A stretch of DNA of 64,000 nucleotides from IMG/VR virus record IMGVR_UViG_3300037882_001470; one strand, written 5' to 3'. The translations under genes and the position numbers were made by a program. This document shows positions 19,382 through 31,050 of this stretch, piece after piece. Below the pieces are notes generated by a model, which made no database searches, was not told the origin of the DNA, and saw only the letters and a program-made list of their open reading frames with translations. Position 1 is the first letter of the stretch. Each line of letters starts with the position of its first letter. The DNA is from an uncultured virus (IMG/VR IMGVR_UViG_3300037882_001470). Lineage: Duplodnaviria > Heunggongvirae > Uroviricota > Caudoviricetes.

Positions 19382-20735
19382 CAGCCAGAACTTTCTTCGC
19401 ATCTTGTTGCACAGAATACAGCATGGCGGCGTCCGGCATCGCTACCGTGTTGCTCATTAGTGCGAATTTCTCCAAAGCGATCTTACACAGATTGAATTTA
19501 CGCTCTACGGCACGTAATTTTCCTATGTGTCTGTCGACGGCACTCCTCGCCGATAAGTGGTGGATATATTTCCAGTTGCCATCATCTTCCTTATCTCTAG
19601 TAAATGGGCGATTTTCAATATCGGCGGTGAACCGCTTGAATATACTCTTTCGAACCTCGTCCGTTAGTGGTGTGTCTTCGTTCATTCCTCGGCTTCCTTG
19701 CGGTCTAGTAGCGCATCTCTGCCGAGAGTTGCGTGCAGCTTCGCTAACGCCGGGAAGTCTGTTCTTACGTCGGTAAAGTGATACGGAATCGCGCCATCAC
19801 ACTTCCCGGATGTGTCGCGCGTGCGAACTTGAATCAGATTACACTCGGTCTGTACCCAGTCGACGATCGCCTTGTCTGCTTTCAACGCCTCAACCTGCGC
19901 CTGCCATGTCGTGATTGCGAATTTCAGATCGTTGACTTCGGCTAACGCCGCATCACGTTGTTCCATTATCTCTTTCTCGGAAAGCAATAATTCGGGTATA
20001 TCACAATCGTCTTCGTGGTGCAGGAGACTCCCACACTTTTGACATGCTCTTTCATTATAGTCACTCATACTGTTTGTTTTGGTGAATCTTCATTACTCAC
20101 TGGTCTATGCTTTGCGTTGATTACGGCTTCTCGCATGGTTGTCCCGAATGCGATAGTTTCCCATAGATTTTCTCCAGGTTTTCCGACATGTTTATCTACG
20201 CTCCAACATGGAGGAACGCCTACCTCGGGGTCCCCGGGATCGTAGGATGGGACGCAATTACGGTGGGCTTCTAGCCAGTCCAAGATCGCTTTGTCTTCTT
20301 CCATACGTCGAGCTTCGACCTCGTCCACATCCTGCACCTCATATCGCTTAGCCCTTGCCACGATGCCTCGCAATGCTGCAACAGTTGGTTCATGGGTAAC
20401 ATATCCAAGCGTCTCGACAATTGCGTCTATGATGTTTTGCGCCGTCATATCAATCCTTTCAGTGTCGCAAGGGCCTCGGCATCGCCACTAGCAGTTGTTT
20501 TAGTTCTTCGTCAGTCTTCATTGTGTTTAGTTTTTGAAAATCCTAATTATGTCTTCGGCATCCTCTTCGGATTCAATCGTCCTGCCGTAGCATGCTTCTC
20601 TACCGCCGCCGATCTTGATTACCCACCTCCCGAACTGCTTCACAGCTTTTGCGTCTTTGAAGCATTCGGAGCATTTAGTGTTGATCTCTACGGCCCATGC
20701 GCGGGCCTTCGTTGCTGTAAATTTAACATGCTTGC

Positions 20736-21422
20736 TCACATTGAAGCCCGGTCAAATGGTTTCAGTAGACAATCCGAGATACCATCCACCTTCAGCGCCG
20801 CTACCGCTTTAACTGCGTATATCAGCCGACGGTCCTCGTCGGATGTCACTACATTCTGCGTAAACCATTGCCTGTTCTGAATAAACGCGAACACAGCGCA
20901 CGGGTTTATTGCCTCGTCAAACGGTAGTGTCGGGCGAAATAACCTGTTGCACGCCTCATAAACCTGAGAGAACAGCGTAGCATCGTGGTCGTTCTGTTCC
21001 TTGAATAGCCCGAGCCCAAGGTCCACATACCCCATGAACGAGCGGTACAGGAAATTGATTGTGGACTCGTTTATACCGTCGTAGTTGAATTCGTCCTCAC
21101 ACTTACACATCGCGAGTGCATACGGTAGAAACCTCGAATAGTAGGCCATGAACCTTACGTGCTTTCGGTCGACCTTCTCCTCTACAATAATCCACTTACC
21201 GCCAGGAGCGACACGAGCGCAAAACCTGGCCGTGAGGATAGTAACGCCGAGACATTTAAGCGCACTGTTGGCCTGCTTGTGCGTCGCATGTAGGTTATGC
21301 GCGTTACGCATATTCCAAATCTCGGATGGAATGACATTACCTTTCTCCGCTCGTTCCATAACATATTTGACTCCATCTTCCAAACACGCGAATGTCTGTT
21401 TTACCTTTTCTTTATCTGCCAT
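20736..21422 (-). CDS. Hypothetical protein
   Basis: 228-aa ORF. Confidence 0.8.
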   Translation of the reverse strand: MADKEKVKQTFACLEDGVKYVMERAEKGNVIPSEIWNMRNAHNLHATHKQANSALKCLGVTILTARFCARVAPGGKWIIVEEKVDRKHVRFMAYYSRFLPYALAMCKCEDEFNYDGINESTINFLYRSFMGYVDLGLGLFKEQNDHDATLFSQVYEACNRLFRPTLPFDEAINPCAVFAFIQNRQWFTQNVVTSDEDRRLIYAVKAVAALKVDGISDCLLKPFDRASM

Positions 21423-22344
21423 GATTCTTTTTCTCTTCTAATAGCGGGACATCTTCGTCCGGACATCTCCAGATATAAGCTTTCCCGTCCACCATTATCT
21501 TACGCGGTTGCAGGGCTTTCGCTTTAGTTTCGAGAACATCAACGGTATGTCGAAGGTTTTCTATATCCCTTACTAGTTCGTTGATCACTGCCTTATACTT
21601 GACCACGGAATTGTCTGGAAACAGTTCGTCCGCTGCGACCAGCAATTTATAAAGCGACGACTTATTGTTCGCATTGAACTTGAACACATCGATTACGTGT
21701 TCTTCAGGTGATTTTGGAATGTGTGCCATTACTGTGTGTTATTGTCGCGACGCGCAGGGCCTCTTTCTTTCACGCATCGCATTTGTATGGCTTTTGGGTC
21801 CCCGATTGCGACAATACAGTCAAATACCTCCGGTTCCGGCACGTAACCCGGCGATACCCGCATGACGACGTCGCCTTCAGCAATTGCACCGGGGTGCCAG
21901 TAGTCTATGTCGAATTGCCGAGTAACGAACCGAGAGTCACTGCACCAATCCCAGTGTCTGAGGTGCCTTGCGCGGAAATACGTCATCCGCTTACTTCGCA
22001 TCCATCTCATTTCAAAGAACGAGAACAACCCTCCGCGACACCATATCTCTGCGTGGGTTTCGTCATTCAATCCATTAAACGGGAACCGATACAAATACCG
22101 GTTGTGTTGGAAGTAATAGTAGTGACGGTCCATCCCTTTGCTCATAAACAGTCTAGCGCCGCTCGATTAGAAACGTGCGTTGCTAAAATTCCTGCGCCTA
22201 TAAGCGCTACCGTCTCGAAGGCGAGATAATCACTCGGCGTCGGAGATTTTAGGTTGTCTTCAACGAACTTTTTCGCAGCGGCTTTGATCTCCGCGTTTAT
22301 GTCAACGTCGTCGATGTCCTTTGATGGTTCACTCATATTGGTAT

Positions 22345-22387
22345 AAAGAAAACGACGACGGTGTCGATTAATTCAACACCGTCGTCG
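22345..22387 (-). terminator. Rho-independent terminator
   Basis: 15-bp stem CGACGACGGTGTTGA/TCGACACCGTCGTCG followed by TTTTCTTT, just after the 618-aa gene. Confidence 0.85.
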
Positions 22388-22412
22388 GTATGTAACGCGT
22401 TTCAGACCTTCG

Positions 22413-24269
22413 TTAGTAAAGTTTCTCCGCCCTAATGTATGTTCCAGGCGCTGTCACCTGCAGCGCGCCTGCACTAGGTACTACTGCCACGCCCGCAAAT
22501 ATGGTTATAGAGTCAGTGGAGTTCAGCGTAGAGTAATTCACTTCTGGAATCGACACTATAGCGAAGTTCCCTGTAACTGTGGTAACGACACCTGTGGTCA
22601 CAATCACCGAACTGTCTATCACATCCGCTGCGGTGTTGTTCGTCCGCCGTAGCTTTACGGTGACTGCCTGATTAGCTGCAAACGTCGCACCGCTGTAGTT
22701 CAACACCACTTGCCCCTTTAGTTTGTAGGTGCCCGGCGCCGGAATCACGACTACTGGGTCAGTTGTCCCGAGGTCTACGGCGGTGGAAATCGCTGTCACT
22801 GCGTAGGCGGTTCCAGCACCATACGTGGATACGGTAGTAATCTGTCCTCGGTGAATTCCCTGCTCGTATCGGTAAAACTCCTGTGGCTCGCCTGTGATGA
22901 CGAGCATATCGCTGTCTGGATGTAGTGCTAGCCCCTCTGGCTGCGTTGCCGGGGTAGATAGCGTCTCGATGAGTGCGCCAGCCAAGCTTATCCGGACAGT
23001 TACGTCTGACTCGTCGCTGAGCAGCAGGATCGTATCACTCTTCGCATCGTAGGTGGCATCACTTATATCCGTGAGCGTCCCGGAGAACAACGGAGTAATC
23101 ACGCAGAGCTGACTTTCCGCTCCAAATGCCAATGTAGTCGAGTTGGCAGTTATGCTCCTCTGGAATATTTTCGCGTTGATCGCGCCGGGAGTGTTGTCCG
23201 ACGCTGTAGTGCGCTTCTCGATGGTGTAGTAAATACTACCGCGTCTGGAGTCGTAAGCAAGAGACTCCAGACCGAGGTTGTTAATCGTGCCTCCGGAGTA
23301 AGCCGTCGTTGTCGTCACGTTGTCCGGGTCAGTTCCGTTAACGGCTGTTCTGTCCAAAGTAGTGGCGGTAGGTGTTAGCAGGCACAATGTAATCTGATTC
23401 TCATTAGCCGCTGTTGTGTGGTCCTCCTCGCCAACTGCAATGACATCATACACTTGCCCCGCTGCGCTCTTAAACGACGTAATGTATTCGATGGATTCCG
23501 TGTCGATGAAGTTGGAATTGGTGATCGTCCGTAGAATGACACCGTCCAGCGTCGACTCGTATATCGTGCCCGCTGCTCCCGACACGTTCCTTACCAAGAA
23601 CACTGTATTGGTGCGTGGATTGTAGGTCACGCCACTGATGCCGGTCGATACCCCCGCAATAGACGTGATGGATTTTGTTAACGCAAGGCTTTGCAGGTTT
23701 CGGTTGGACGAGCTCGTCCCTTCAAAGTCTCTGCCGAGAATAGCTTCGCTTACCACACCAGCTCCGTCGGCTTTCAGCAGCCCGGATACTGTTCCCGCCC
23801 CGCCTTTGGTCTGTGAGATAACGCCCGCCGACCACGTGCCGGCTGCGACGGTCCCGACCGTTGTAATATTGGAAGTGCCGACCCACGTGGACAGCGCCAC
23901 GTTCTCGACCGCGCTGAGTCCCAAGGTCAGTTTAGCCGCGGAGGCATCGACATCGTCAATCAGGGTGCGCCCGAACGCACTCAACGGGGTAACGCTACCT
24001 GTCGTCAGACCGGTCCAATAAAAGACAGAGTCGGCTGTCGGAATTGAGTTCGCAATCGCTGTGAGCTGTGGGTCGAGATTGATGGCCAAGTTGCCGAGCG
24101 TCATCTTTCTGGTACGCATGGTGCCCGTAACGTCGATCTCCAGAGCGAGGATATCGGTGGATGCCGCGGATGTCGTCGCCGGGAGGTCTTTAATTTGAAC
24201 ATTGGCTGCGACTGCGCCGAAGTGCAGGACGGTGAGTGTAATAATCGAGAGTAGCGTGCGAAGTTTCAT
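22413..24269 (-). CDS. Secreted or virion fibre-like protein with SdiA-regulated (YjiK-like) beta-propeller
   Basis: Signal peptide; Thr/Ala/Gly-rich fibre-like N-terminus (SAFGRTLIDD..A..A..TLG); SGVTYNP, GLESLAYD, DISD..YD...LLLSDES, QPEGLA and GEP motifs. Confidence 0.8.
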   Translation of the reverse strand: MKLRTLLSIITLTVLHFGAVAANVQIKDLPATTSAASTDILALEIDVTGTMRTRKMTLGNLAINLDPQLTAIANSIPTADSVFYWTGLTTGSVTPLSAFGRTLIDDVDASAAKLTLGLSAVENVALSTWVGTSNITTVGTVAAGTWSAGVISQTKGGAGTVSGLLKADGAGVVSEAILGRDFEGTSSSNRNLQSLALTKSITSIAGVSTGISGVTYNPRTNTVFLVRNVSGAAGTIYESTLDGVILRTITNSNFIDTESIEYITSFKSAAGQVYDVIAVGEEDHTTAANENQITLCLLTPTATTLDRTAVNGTDPDNVTTTTAYSGGTINNLGLESLAYDSRRGSIYYTIEKRTTASDNTPGAINAKIFQRSITANSTTLAFGAESQLCVITPLFSGTLTDISDATYDAKSDTILLLSDESDVTVRISLAGALIETLSTPATQPEGLALHPDSDMLVITGEPQEFYRYEQGIHRGQITTVSTYGAGTAYAVTAISTAVDLGTTDPVVVIPAPGTYKLKGQVVLNYSGATFAANQAVTVKLRRTNNTAADVIDSSVIVTTGVVTTVTGNFAIVSIPEVNYSTLNSTDSITIFAGVAVVPSAGALQVTAPGTYIRAEKLY

Positions 24270-24285
24270 AGATTTTGAGTTTTCA

Positions 24286-24322
24286 TAGCGGGAGGTATGT
24301 TATTACGACATACCTCCCGCTA
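24286..24322. promoter_or_regulatory. Perfect 15-bp inverted repeat upstream of the 618-aa gene
   Basis: TAGCGGGAGGTATGT-N7-ACATACCTCCCGCTA, with no U-tract on either strand. Confidence 0.7.
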
Positions 24323-25538
24323 CAATTACAAACCGTTACGTCGTGTGAGGTGTCGTCGCGTCCTTAAACTTGAATCCAACAAGCCTGTATCGACGTTTAA
24401 CATATTGCACCAAGCCTACAGCAATATATTCCACACACAGAGTATCGGAGACACTTGTGTAAGTGACTATAAATTCATCCACCGTCTCCGTGATTACTAC
24501 GTTCGCGCCATTGCCGACGAATTCGATATCCCCGTTAGGATCGGGTCTGTAAGATATTGACTCGATCTCTGCAGCGGTTTCTTCCGGTAATATTACGTCC
24601 GTCCACTGCAAATTAGTGATGTCTTCCGATTGCAGGTCTGCGCGTTTCACCAGAATGCGCAATTCGCCGTGCGCTATTATCGCTTCAGTAAACCGGGAAG
24701 CTTCCAAACGCCGCTTTGCTTCTCGTAGCTTATCGGCGATGTTAGCGCCGAGCCCATCTGTGATTAGTATCATTTGATTGGTAGCGGGAGTAGTGGAATC
24801 AGCGACTCGGGCCCCTGTTCTTCACGCGGTTCCGGCAGCGCGACAATTGCCTGACGTGCTGCGTGCAGCTTCATTCTATTGTAGGCATCCGCGTTCCCAC
24901 GCCAATACCCCCAGGCAGTCCCAATTGCAGCCGACGCTATACATGCTGTCGCGCACACTAGAAATAACATCCAGTTCGAAGTTTTCATTTCTTCACCTCT
25001 GGTGGCTTCCCGTTACTTCGATTAGCCCAGTGCACGCGGTCGCTACCTACGCGCATTGCGACACCCGCGGCGCTCAGTTTCTTTCCAGACTCCTTCATCT
25101 TTTTTACAATCTCGATACCTTCCGGAGTCGTAGTGCCCACCAAGAAGTCGCGGGTCTTACAGTGCTGACACCTGTAAGGAAGTGCCTTTTTATCTCGCTC
25201 CAGACACGTCGGGCAAATACACGAGATATAGCGGTGTTTACGCGGTGTCGATAGGTTTGTGTCGGACAGTTGTTCTGTATTGTTACTCATCGTTTAAAGT
25301 ATTACTGAGTCTAGGAGGACGATGTTCGGATTACGCGGTTTTGGTGCAGCATATTTAGCGCCCTTTCTGTTTCGAAACTCTTCTTCGTAAGCCCACGAGC
25401 ACTCGTATGGAAGCATCGGCGCGTCCAGACCTTTGGCTGCGCGTGCTTTCCGATATTTCTCGAGGCACACTCGTGCGACCTTTTGTATCTGCTCCAACTC
25501 CGCCTGGTCCGCAGCGTCGAGTCGGAGATAGTCAGGCA

Positions 25539-25766
25539 TTAAGGACATCGGCTACCATCACTCCATACGTCATGTTCCGTTTCCCATGGCAGCAGTGGTC
25601 GATGGACGACGAAATCACCGTCGACCTGTATGATACGGCGTCCGACGAATTGATTGTCTACCACACGCCCGTCCCAGCGTCTTTCGTATTTATACGTGCG
25701 TAGCGTCTTGGTCGCACACCCGGATAACAATACGGTCGCGCAGATTAAGATATTAAACAGTCGCAT
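25539..25766 (-). CDS. Lipoprotein
   Basis: MRLFNILICATVLLSGC with lipobox LSGC. Confidence 0.75.
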   Translation of the reverse strand: MRLFNILICATVLLSGCATKTLRTYKYERRWDGRVVDNQFVGRRIIQVDGDFVVHRPLLPWETEHDVWSDGSRCP

Positions 25767-26631
25767 GTGTAATTGAGGACACAAACTCTTGCATCTTTTT
25801 AAGCGTCGCTGGGTCAATACGCCATGCTTCCACGTGTTCGAGAAGGCAAAGGCCATTACCGGTATGCGCCATGAATGTCCGGGAGTAGTATGAGGCTGCG
25901 AAACGTCCTAGACACGTCGCCCCGTGTTTTATCGCGTCCGCTTTAGGTCCAACATATAGATAATCGGTAGGACGTCTGCTGTCGTATATTTCGACAAGCG
26001 GACCGAAGCTACGAAACCTCGGGCCTTTATGAATTAGACACATCTCGGTACCATACCGATCGTTCTCCATCACAACTCGAACTCGAAACGTAATACCATT
26101 TGCTGCGGTGAAATCCGCAATGTTTGAATTGTTCATCTTTATTCTTCTGACTCTGCGGCTTTAACTTCCGCTTCTAGTAAGTCGTATGCTCCTCCTGTGA
26201 TGTTTCGTATGAACTCGTATCTCAGAAGGTTTTTAGCCGCGGCTAAAAGGCGTGGGGCTGCTTTCTCAAGACGTAGTTTGTCGCGATACGCCTTAAACGC
26301 CGGGTCGGACTTCTTTAACTGCTCCAGCACCGCTTGTTTGACCAGTTCGTCGGCGTCGGGTGTGCTCATTTAATCTGCAAGGCACGCTTCTGTGCCTTTT
26401 TCTTTTTCTTCGCCTTGGTGCGTTTACCAATGGCTTTAGAAGTAGCGTCCCACTGCTCGCGGGTCCCGTGCGCGAATACCGGTTTGCCGGCGTGCCAGCC
26501 ACCGCCGAATGCACGATCGCGGATACTGCCGGTGACGGTCTCGTGATCGAGCTTGTCGTTCTTTGCCCTCCGCACATACACGGTCTTTGGCGCGGGCGAC
26601 TTCGTAAATAGTTTGGATGGAGTTGTTCTGC

Positions 26632-26751
26632 TCATGGTTGATATCCGTCAGGCAATTCAGTTGCGTATGAGGCTCCTTGAATTGAATAGTGGTAGTTTTT
26701 AAATTGCGCATGTAGCGCCTTAGCCTGCGCTACCGCTTTATCGTAGTCCAT
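26632..26751 (-). CDS. 39-aa mini-protein (not in track)
   Basis: MDYDKAVAQAKALHAQF..., ends in an ATGA overlap. Confidence 0.5.
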   Translation of the reverse strand: MDYDKAVAQAKALHAQFKNYHYSIQGASYATELPDGYQP

Positions 26752-26872
26752 TCACACCGTGTTCAGTGTGAATGCGGTTGTTGATTTAGATGACTTGGAT
26801 CGCCTGTAAATACCCCACACGCGATGTTGCGGTTGAACTGCGACCCGAGTTGCGCGAGTGCGTCTTTCTTTT

Positions 26873-27142
26873 TCATATTTCGATATCGTGTATGTTCGCC
26901 AGCGCTACTACTCTGCGCTGCCATGTGTCTCGTTTAAGCGTGATCATGTCATAATTTTGAAGCATACCGAGCTTGAGCTCGTCCTCCGCCACAGCGCATA
27001 GATGAAGTAACTCGGTATGTAAGACCGGTCTCACATCCAGATCACTCTCGCCGTTCCAGAACAGATTACGTGTGTCCCAGTGAATTGTTGATGGCAGGAT
27101 CTTTGCCAGTGCAGCCATCAGTTGTTGGTCTGTGTATGTCAT
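26873..27142 (-). CDS. Phage ABA-sandwich-like family member
   Basis: TDQQL..ALA...ELLHLC..AE..L...TWQRR..AL. Confidence 0.55.
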   Translation of the reverse strand: MTYTDQQLMAALAKILPSTIHWDTRNLFWNGESDLDVRPVLHTELLHLCAVAEDELKLGMLQNYDMITLKRDTWQRRVVALANIHDIEI

Positions 27143-27741
27143 TTGTTGTGTATCTTACCCATTAACGCATCAATGCGCTTACCGCCGTGGCGCATCTGTC
27201 GTTCGCTGAACGTCTGAACCCATTCACGCCCATTGTAGCTCATAAAGTCCACAGGTCGTGCTTTGCGCGCCACACACCTTACAAAATAGAGCGTGTCTTG
27301 GTTCCACCCACGCTCTGTATGTTTAATATCTTGCTGTGATGTCGCGTTCACGGCACTGCTGACCATACAACCGGCGACCCTTAAAGCCTCCAGACACTCG
27401 GTTTTAGTATTAAATGGAAGGATTTCGTAATCGGCGCCCTCAATATGGTGCCCAGTATCGGAGTTCCATACCGAGTCTAGGATGATGAACTCGCCATATG
27501 GGCCGGCATTTATCACCTCGTAATCGAAACAATAGAAATCATCTCCACTACCTATGGCGAAATTAAGGTGACCATACGGACTGGTAATATTTGCCAGCAC
27601 CGTTCCGGGCTTTGACCAATTCGGGGTTACTCCGCCGTCGCGTCGACTAATCGGATTCAACAGGTGCCCATAGCTGTCTCTCGGGTATTTCGTAATGGGG
27701 CAGATGTCATACACTTCACTAGTTCCTAGATCGTCGCCCAT
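27139..27741 (-). CDS. Hypothetical protein
   Basis: 200-aa ORF. Confidence 0.8.
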   Translation of the reverse strand: MGDDLGTSEVYDICPITKYPRDSYGHLLNPISRRDGGVTPNWSKPGTVLANITSPYGHLNFAIGSGDDFYCFDYEVINAGPYGEFIILDSVWNSDTGHHIEGADYEILPFNTKTECLEALRVAGCMVSSAVNATSQQDIKHTERGWNQDTLYFVRCVARKARPVDFMSYNGREWVQTFSERQMRHGGKRIDALMGKIHNK

Positions 27742-29584
27742 ATTATTTGCTGTATGTCTTTCTCAGTAGTCGTTCGAACGCGCGGGTCTTGTATAAGTCT
27801 GGAGACTCACAATTCCCGGAAGGCCACGCACGCTTCAGAAACTTTACATACTCTTCGTCAGCAATTTGTCGTTTTACAGGACGCGTAGTGCGGATCGTCA
27901 GGCAATACACGCGCGCCATATGTCCCGGCAGAACTGGATGTGGCGCAATCCAATCACCCGTAGTCTCCGACAAGAACGGTAGGAACCCGTCTCCTCCATC
28001 TTCGAAATGTACATGTAAGTCGTCAGCGCCTTCCGTCCACGCGAAGGATATTGGCACATGAACTACGTGCCCATCGGCACGTCCAGTATGCTTATGAAAC
28101 TTCTCATTTTGCTTTTCGCTCGCCGCCGGTGACCTGAAATATAGTCCTAGATACATCATTGTTTTGATCCCTCCCGAATGAACACTTTGCGTGCGGGTTC
28201 TAGTAATACAGCTCGTCTTACTTCCCCAAAGCATCCGCAGGTAACTCCTGCCTCGTGGCATACCGCCCATATGTCGCCTGCGGCAGCCCCGGCGAAGCAT
28301 GGTGAATAGAAGGTGACTCCATCGTTCAATGTCACGCCTCCATTTCCGACACTTTCAATTCTGCGAATGGTCCAACCAAGACTTTTGTCCGATTGCGCCC
28401 AACATATACCGCCGGGTCCGATGTCAGACGGTGTCATTTGCGGTTCTGTTCCGTCGGCGCTCATTCTTCCGTTTCAATCAGCGTAGGACAAGACGTGAAG
28501 ATGGGAGGTGAATTAAGCTCATACATGTCTTTGATCCGATCTCGCAACTCTTCAATCGCCATACTATCCAATGGGCGATCCAGAATTAAGGTTGCGTCAC
28601 CCAAAATGTCCTTACCGAACGTCGTGTATTTGAACGTGCAAAAGTAGAAATATTCCTTCATTTTATTCACATTGAGCTGCCGCTTCTTTCAACAATCGCT
28701 CCCCCGTCTTGCAAAGCGCGAACGGGTGATTGCGGCATCTCTCACACCGCCCCAAATGCGTATCGAAGACCTCGTGCTCGTCCGCGCCCGGGGTATCGGG
28801 TTGTGGTTCTTGCGGATTACCATCTATGTGCGTGACGCTGAGCATCCCTGTCATCGCGAGTAATTTCGAGAATGTCACTGGTTCTTTCATGCTAATACGA
28901 CCCGAAGGTGTGGATGCTCTACAGAGGGTAATAGGGACACAACACTTTTACCGGAAAACGTAAGACATGGGCTGCCGTCCATATCCAGAATTGAGAAGCG
29001 CGGTCCGTTCGTGTGTTCCTCCATGTGTAATACGCCTTTGATCCATATCTGCACTCTCTCGCTTTCGGTGTGATTATACCATGCTTCGTTTACTACTCTT
29101 ACGACCTCACCGGCATGTTTGGCGAGGCTTTGTTCTATTTGGTCTGTGGACATTCTGTGAGTTTATCCCGAGCTTCAGTCAAAAGTGTGATGAGCTCGTC
29201 TATGTGGGTCGCCGGGATCTGGATGAAAGCGTTTGCTACATTTCCTTTACCTGTCACCGGCGCAATTGACACGTATGCAAAATCCCCACCGCCTAGCATA
29301 TCAAACGACATAACCTCGGCCCCTGAACATTTTACAGTTCCATTGCGGGTCATCGCCGTCACCGTTACTGGCCATTTGACTGTCGGCCATTGTGGTAGTG
29401 TTCTATCGATCATTGTTCAACTTCTTCCAACTCATTCTTGAGCGCTGCAACTTCCGTCTGCGGTATCACCGGCGGACCGCCCAAGTAGACTATATTTACA
29501 TGTGTCGTGGGTAACGAGTTCGACGCCGCTGCAATAAAGCATAGCCGTCCTTTGTGTTTATATTTTCTGAGTGCTGTCATGAAA

Positions 29585-30334
29585 TTACTCCGGCGAGTTT
29601 ATACCCCGACTGATCCGTGCATTAACGATGTCCCACCATATATACCCGTATTCTATTTCGTCGGATGCAGCCTTTATCTCAGTGCATCCGGACTTTTCCA
29701 ACATGTAGTGGTAATCACGCAGATAGGCCTCCAATGCGGAGGTCTCCGAGGTTGCTCCCTCTCGAATGCCTGGCGACAGACTACGAAGAATCCACTTCCA
29801 ATCCATCTGCTTTGCAATCTGGTCGACCATGTATTCACGTTCGCGTCTCAATTCCTCGACGATTAAATCATCTTTCTTCGTAAACACTTGGACGTTTCGC
29901 CCGTTAACCGGCCAACGCACCCAGGCGGACGTATCCACCTTCGGAGTCATTACACACCAATACACTATTCGTCCGTTCGCAGGCCACCGCCATCTGAATC
30001 TGGAGGCTCCAGCTTCGGTCATATTGGACTTGCTGGGTTCCAGTGTGTCATCAGGATCTCTTACAAATGCATCAAACGCGGATAGCGAGAACGTGTCCAA
30101 GAACTTCTGAAGATCCACGTCAGATATTTCGGAGTACACGCTGGAGATAGCCGCAACATCAGTTACGTCGACGAGCCATTCGGTTACCTCCGGGCGATTC
30201 GGAAACAGCTTAGACGTTAAATGCCGCTCCGGGTCTCGTTTGACGTGTCGCATGTGGGTTGCATCCGCGTCAGGATGCCTTGGCCGAAGGATTGATGGCG
30301 TCGTCCTCGGCTTACACGGTTCAAAGAACGTCAT
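29585..30334 (-). CDS. Hypothetical protein
   Basis: About 250-aa ORF. Confidence 0.8.
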   Translation of the reverse strand: MTFFEPCKPRTTPSILRPRHPDADATHMRHVKRDPERHLTSKLFPNRPEVTEWLVDVTDVAAISSVYSEISDVDLQKFLDTFSLSAFDAFVRDPDDTLEPSKSNMTEAGASRFRWRWPANGRIVYWCVMTPKVDTSAWVRWPVNGRNVQVFTKKDDLIVEELRREREYMVDQIAKQMDWKWILRSLSPGIREGATSETSALEAYLRDYHYMLEKSGCTEIKAASDEIEYGYIWWDIVNARISRGINSPE

Positions 30335-31050
30335 AGACCTCCCATTCTCCACGTAATAAATCTACCGGAACTACACGTTGTCCATCGAACGTCCGAAGCC
30401 CTTCATTCTTTATATCCATATCACGCTGAAACAAATGAGCGTAGTAAGGTGACTTCGGGAACAACGTGAGCGTGACCTCGAAGTAAGTAGACGCGTCGCG
30501 CGTGCGCCTGAACCGATACGTCCCGAGGACTGTGGGGGTTTCAGCGACCCACTTACGCGTCACCCCATAACCACTCGTAGCCAGAAACTCCTCATCCTTG
30601 AACATCTCGATAAAGGAATCCATTACCGGCTTGGAAACTTCGTCCCCGATATACGGTAGTTTCAACTCATCATGGTCGACCATGCTATCGTAATATTCCA
30701 AATCAGACGGCGCACACTTGATTGTGATGTCCCCGCATACGATATCGGTTAATTCAGAGTCGAGATTGCGTTGGTCCTCGTAAGCGTCCTCCCGTTCGAG
30801 AATCGGCTGAGCGGCTTTTGTGATGTAATGTCTCATCATTGTTTTGGTTTCTGACTCTCTGTTTCGCGTAAACGAAGGAGGGTAGTCATCTCGACAATCA
30901 CCTCCGATTGCCTATCGATGGTATCTAGGTGTCCTTTTGCCTTTTTTATCCACGCCTCAATAGTAACCAAATTGGGAGTTGAATGTTTCAGTTCTACCCC
31001 GATTTTATAGAGGCATACAGAAACACTACTTGTCTGATTCTGAATCGTAT

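Noticed and set aside
28154..30846. 13-bp repeat CATCATTGTTTTG at two junctions 2.7 kb apart
   Set aside because: Non-adjacent, AT-rich and partly constrained by the ATGA overlap, so plausibly chance.
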